From: Octopus bimaculoides
Lineage: Eukaryota
Length of the DNA stretch: 36,169 nucleotides
Assembly: GCF_001194135.2 (NCBI RefSeq)
Contig: NC_068996.1
Location: forward strand, 49,118,601 to 49,154,769
Reading direction: 5' to 3'
This document shows positions 32,268-36,169 of this stretch, piece by piece (position 1 is the first letter of the stretch; each line of letters begins with the position of its first letter). The position numbers and the translations under genes are program-made. Below the pieces are notes generated by a model. It had not been told where the DNA came from. It saw only the letters and a list, made by a program, of their open reading frames with translations, and made no database searches.

Positions 32268-33568
32268 AAGCGCATACTCAGCAAAACCCTTGATCACTTC
32301 ATTTCGCTGAACAAGGGTTTCCATGATGAAATGAAGGGAAGAGTCCTTTATCATACTGACATCTCTGAAGAATTCAAGATCACCTGTGGCCTGAAGCAGG
32401 GATGTGTTCTTGCTCCAACCCTGTTTTCTCTCTACATTACTGCCATGCTCTCCAAAATTCCAACAGACAAACCTGGAGTGGAACTCAGATGTAGATTTGA
32501 TGGCGGGCTTTTCAACGTCTCGTGTTTCCAATCAAAACATCACTGTCAAGAGCACAAGATCACTGAGCTTCAATACGCCGATGATAACGCAGCCCCAGCT
32601 TCAACTGCAGAGGACCTCCAAACCTCAACAAACAACTTCAGCAGAGCTTATCAAACCTGCGACCTGAAAGTGAACATCGCCAAAACCAAAGTGCTCGCTC
32701 AACCAGCTCCTCGTACCAGCCTTGATGGCCCCAACATCACCATCGACAACCAATCAATTGAGGTCGTTGAGGATTTCTGCTATCTTGGAAGTTTTCTGCC
32801 ATCCACTGCAGGACCTGGTAAGGATATCGAACATTGCATCCAATCAGGTCATGCCTCTTTTGGTCGTCTCAAAGCCAGGGTCTTTTGCAACAAGGATCTG
32901 ACATTCAAAACGAAGCTCATGGTCTATCGGGCTGTTGTCGTATCAACTCTGCTGTACAGGTGTGAAACCTGAACTGTTTACCGTGAGGACATGAAGAAAC
33001 TAGAGTGCTTCCATCAATCTAAACTTCGCTCTATCCTGAAAATCAACTGGGAAGATCACATCACCAATAACTCTGTACTTGAAAGATCAGGTCTCCTGAG
33101 CATCGAAGCCTTGATCATTGAACATCGTCTCCAATGGTCAGGTCACGTCCGTCAGATGAATGAACATCGCCTTCCCAAGATCTGTCTCTACAGTGAACTG
33201 TCTGAAGGAAAACGTCCTCGTGGAGCCCCCTTGAGGCAGTACAAGGACCAACTCAAATCAACTTTGAAAAGCACCAATATCGACCCCGCACACTGGGAGG
33301 ATATCTCAAGAAACAGACCTCTCTGGAGACACACCATCAAAACGGGTTCAGCGGACTTCGAGAAAGCCTGAGTCGCAGGAGCTGAACTCAAGAGATAGGA
33401 GAGAAAGCAGAGCCTTCTCCTTCCCAAACCAACCCCTTCTATCCCTTGTCCACAATGTCTCCGTATGTTTCATGCAACCCTTGGATTGCGGAGCCATCTG
33501 CGGTTCAAACACCCAGGAAAATGAACTGGATTGCAAGCTCGGAAACACGAGACGCAGCCAACAACAAC
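32268..33568 (+). mobile_element. 5'-truncated RTE (BovB-like) LINE: RT, C-terminal C2H2-like finger, short 3' UTR, (CAA)n tail
   Basis: GLKQGCVLAPTLFSLY, LQYADD, LKVNIAKTK, FCYLGS, RLQWSGHVRQM, RLPKICLYSEL, CPQCLRMFHATLGLRSHLRFKH. One frame from 32331 to stop 33522-33524 with three premature stops. Confidence 0.93.
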
Positions 33569-33930
33569 ATGCACATACTAAACCATCAATATACATATAT
33601 ACATCAAAATGCACAGATAGATGCACACAGACTACATACATATACAGATATATATATAAGACATAAATATACACACAAATACACATATACATAAGTGTAC
33701 ATATGTACGCAATCATGCTCGCATGCAAAAATCACTTGGTGTATACATATAGACAGGAAGATAAGTTTTAAAATACAGAGAGGGGGAAAGAAAAAGAAAA
33801 GGAAGGATCTTAGATGTAACAGTTAGCAAGAGTAAGAGTTGAGTGAGAGGAGGGGAGAGGGGCGCAAAGTTAAAGGACTCTATACAAGTAACGAATAGGG
33901 GGAGAAAAAATACTTTCAGTAAGGAAAGGA

Positions 33931-33931
33931 A

Positions 33932-34003
<72 letters not shown>
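33931..34003 (+). repeat. (GAAA)n microsatellite
   Basis: Seen directly in the sequence. Confidence 0.95.
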
Positions 34004-34006
<3 letters not shown>

Positions 34007-34637
34007 GTGGTTGAATATGTGTAACAAACGTACACAAAATAAAATTACATATACATGCGTATACAAAAGTGTATATTAGCATAAATACACATATAAGATC
34101 ACATATGTAAATATATGGAAATATGTACGTAAATACACATCCACACAAATATAAGTGAAAACCAGCATACATATACATCCATGTATGTATGTGCACAGGT
34201 ATAAACATGCACGCTTACTTACATATATACAAAGATGCATGCATACGAATACATACGCATGCCAATAATACAAACATCCACATAAAAACATATCTAGGTC
34301 CTGACATTTATATACAAACAACATTTTTTAAAAAATTGCTGAGTGCATAATAATAAAATTCGGATAAAGGGCAGGCAAAATAGAACATCCTATATCGAAT
34401 TATCTATAAATTAAACGATTAAAATGGGTTTATAAAATACAATGAAATGAAATAAAATAAAATAAAAGTAGAATCTTAAACAAGAACATAATATTGTATA
34501 TAACAGTTGAAGGTTTTTCATAAGAAATATGTCGAAATATATATACAAAAACTTTGCAATGCGAAATAAATCATGTATTATAAGAAACAAATCAAACAGA
34601 GTGATTAAAAACTAGACCAAGAATAAAAAAATATACA

Positions 34638-34898
34638 CTATCCATATGGTATATTGCTAGCCAACATTTTAAATTTAGTTGAGTGTCTGCAGGAATTCAA
34701 GAGTTCACGTCTTTGATTTAAAGACTTCTTGCCTTGGAATAAAATAAAATATTTTTTCAGCAGGCATAAATCACATTTGATGGGTCTTTTATGTGTACCA
34801 TGCCTGTAAGGTGCAGCTCTATCTAAAATACTTCATGTCACGTTGAAAAGTAGGTCTTCTTTTTCTTTTAATTCCTAGACATATTTTGCCAGGCTGTT
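34638..34898 (-). pseudogene. Penelope-like element ORF C-terminus (GIY-YIG endonuclease end); not in ORF track
   Basis: Manual translation: NSLAKYV*ELKEK...FNVT*SILDRAAPY...KCDLCLLKKYFILF...LNQRRELLNSCRHSTKFKM...PYG*. The CxxC...LNxRxEL..CRH pattern is typical of PLE endonucleases. Both stops sit at expected Trp positions. Confidence 0.78.
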
Positions 34899-35094
34899 TG
34901 TCTCCCCACCACCACCACCATCACTTGAGAACCGATGATGGCAAAAGAAACCAATAGAATAAGCACTTGGCTTATAAAGAATAACTCCTGGGTCGATGGT
35001 CAATTTGATCGACTAAGAACTGTTCAAGGCAGTGCTCCAGCATGGCCACAGTCAAATAACTGAAACAAGTAAAAGAATAAAAGAATAAAAGAAT
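34896..35094 (+). mobile_element. SINE module B with internal deletion, abutting the PLE fragment
   Basis: GGCAGTGCTCCAGCATGGCCACAGTCAAATAACTGAAACAAG(TAAAAGAA)n. Confidence 0.85.
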
Positions 35095-35127
35095 ATCAGT
35101 ATTATTTTTGCAAAAAAAATAATAAAG

Positions 35128-35246
35128 GTAAGTAGCTTGCTTACCAACCACATGGTTCCAGGTTCATTCCCACTGCGTAGCACCTTGGGCCAACCAAAGC
35201 CTTATGAGTGGATTTGGTAGACGGAAACTGAAAGAAGCCCGTCGTA

Positions 35247-35317
<71 letters not shown>

Positions 35318-35526
35318 TTGTGTGTCTGTGTTTGTCCCCCCAACATCGCTTGACAACCGATGCTGGTGGGTTTACATCCCCGTAACTTAGCGGTTTGGCA
35401 AAAGAGACCGATAGAATAAGTACTAGGCTTACAAAGAATAAGTCCTGGGGTCGATTTGCTTGACTAAAAAGGCAGTGCTCCAGCATGGCCACAGTCAAAT
35501 GACTGAAACAAGTAAAAGAGTAAAGG
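35128..35526 (+). mobile_element. tRNA-derived SINE (A + B), 5' clipped, with a short deletion between GGGC repeats
   Basis: Highly similar to 30859-31230. CCTTGGGC joins CAACCAAAGCC, skipping AAGTGTCTTCTACTATAGCCTCGGGC. Confidence 0.92.
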
Positions 35527-35572
35527 TCAATTTGTTGGTAAGTTCAACATTTAATGTGTATGTGTGGGTGTG

Positions 35573-35611
<39 letters not shown>

Positions 35612-36116
35612 GCTCGTGATACAACTTGTATAGCTACTGTGGATTTTGATGGAGGAATTGAGCTGATGTACAGCAAGAAATTGCGGAACTGTCTTTCTTG
35701 GACTCAATAAACTCCCAACAACATATCAATTATATCATGAACGAGTCAATTAAAACAAGAACGAGCGCTGCATTCATTCTTTCTTTTTATTTTTTTTAAT
35801 ACTACGAAATTTTTATGAATTACCAAAATACTTCCACACACTTCTTTAACATGGTTACCGATACAATTCTGCTGCATCTGTTGAATATCACTTACTGGCT
35901 CGTTTCCCATAATTTTTGTCATCAGTTTCTTCATTGCTTTATTTTTGTTCCTTTCTTGTTTGCTTTATTTCTCTCCTCTTCTTTCTATTTCTCATTTGCC
36001 ACTAATTTTCAGCTTATCAGTTTAATATGTGCATGTGTATGTGTGTGTGCGTGTGTGTACATAAATACATGCATACAAATATATATGTATATATACATAC
36101 AAATATATATGTATAT

Positions 36117-36169
<53 letters not shown>

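Noticed and set aside
35893-35934. Minus-strand MKKLMTKIMGNEP followed by GTAAGT (possible first coding exon)
   Set aside because: Very short, with no promoter or homology support; such matches are expected by chance in AT-rich DNA.
1-36169. CRISPR arrays, rRNA, prokaryotic operons
   Set aside because: No repeat-spacer periodicity or rRNA motifs; the sequence is eukaryotic repeat-rich DNA.

Overview
Eukaryotic (animal) non-coding DNA, AT-rich and saturated with microsatellites, with 11 assembly gaps (about 4.5 kb of N). The repeat repertoire (tRNA-headed SINEs with internal TA/TG tracts, GAT-tailed retroposons) looks like Octopus; this is inferred from pattern recall and was not searched. 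There is no intact protein-coding gene, rRNA, true tRNA or CRISPR array, and most ORF-track entries are microsatellite or N artefacts. Recognisable content: many SINE copies and modules; three decayed Tc1/mariner-superfamily transposases; two hAT-type MITEs (one exact and one near-exact 8-bp TSD); a long-TIR non-autonomous element; a Helitron 3' portion; a Helentron-type HINE; two RTE-clade LINE fragments; and a Penelope-like GIY-YIG fragment. One well-formed orphan exon on the minus strand (10725-10849) suggests that at least part of the window is intronic. The most interesting signal is a set of at least four unrelated type I hammerhead-ribozyme-like motifs with self-complementary stem III, typical of Penelope-like elements. 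Two of them form compact palindromic units with one ribozyme on each strand (6148-6388 and 16336-16589). A foldback also covers the predicted branch point of the orphan exon.
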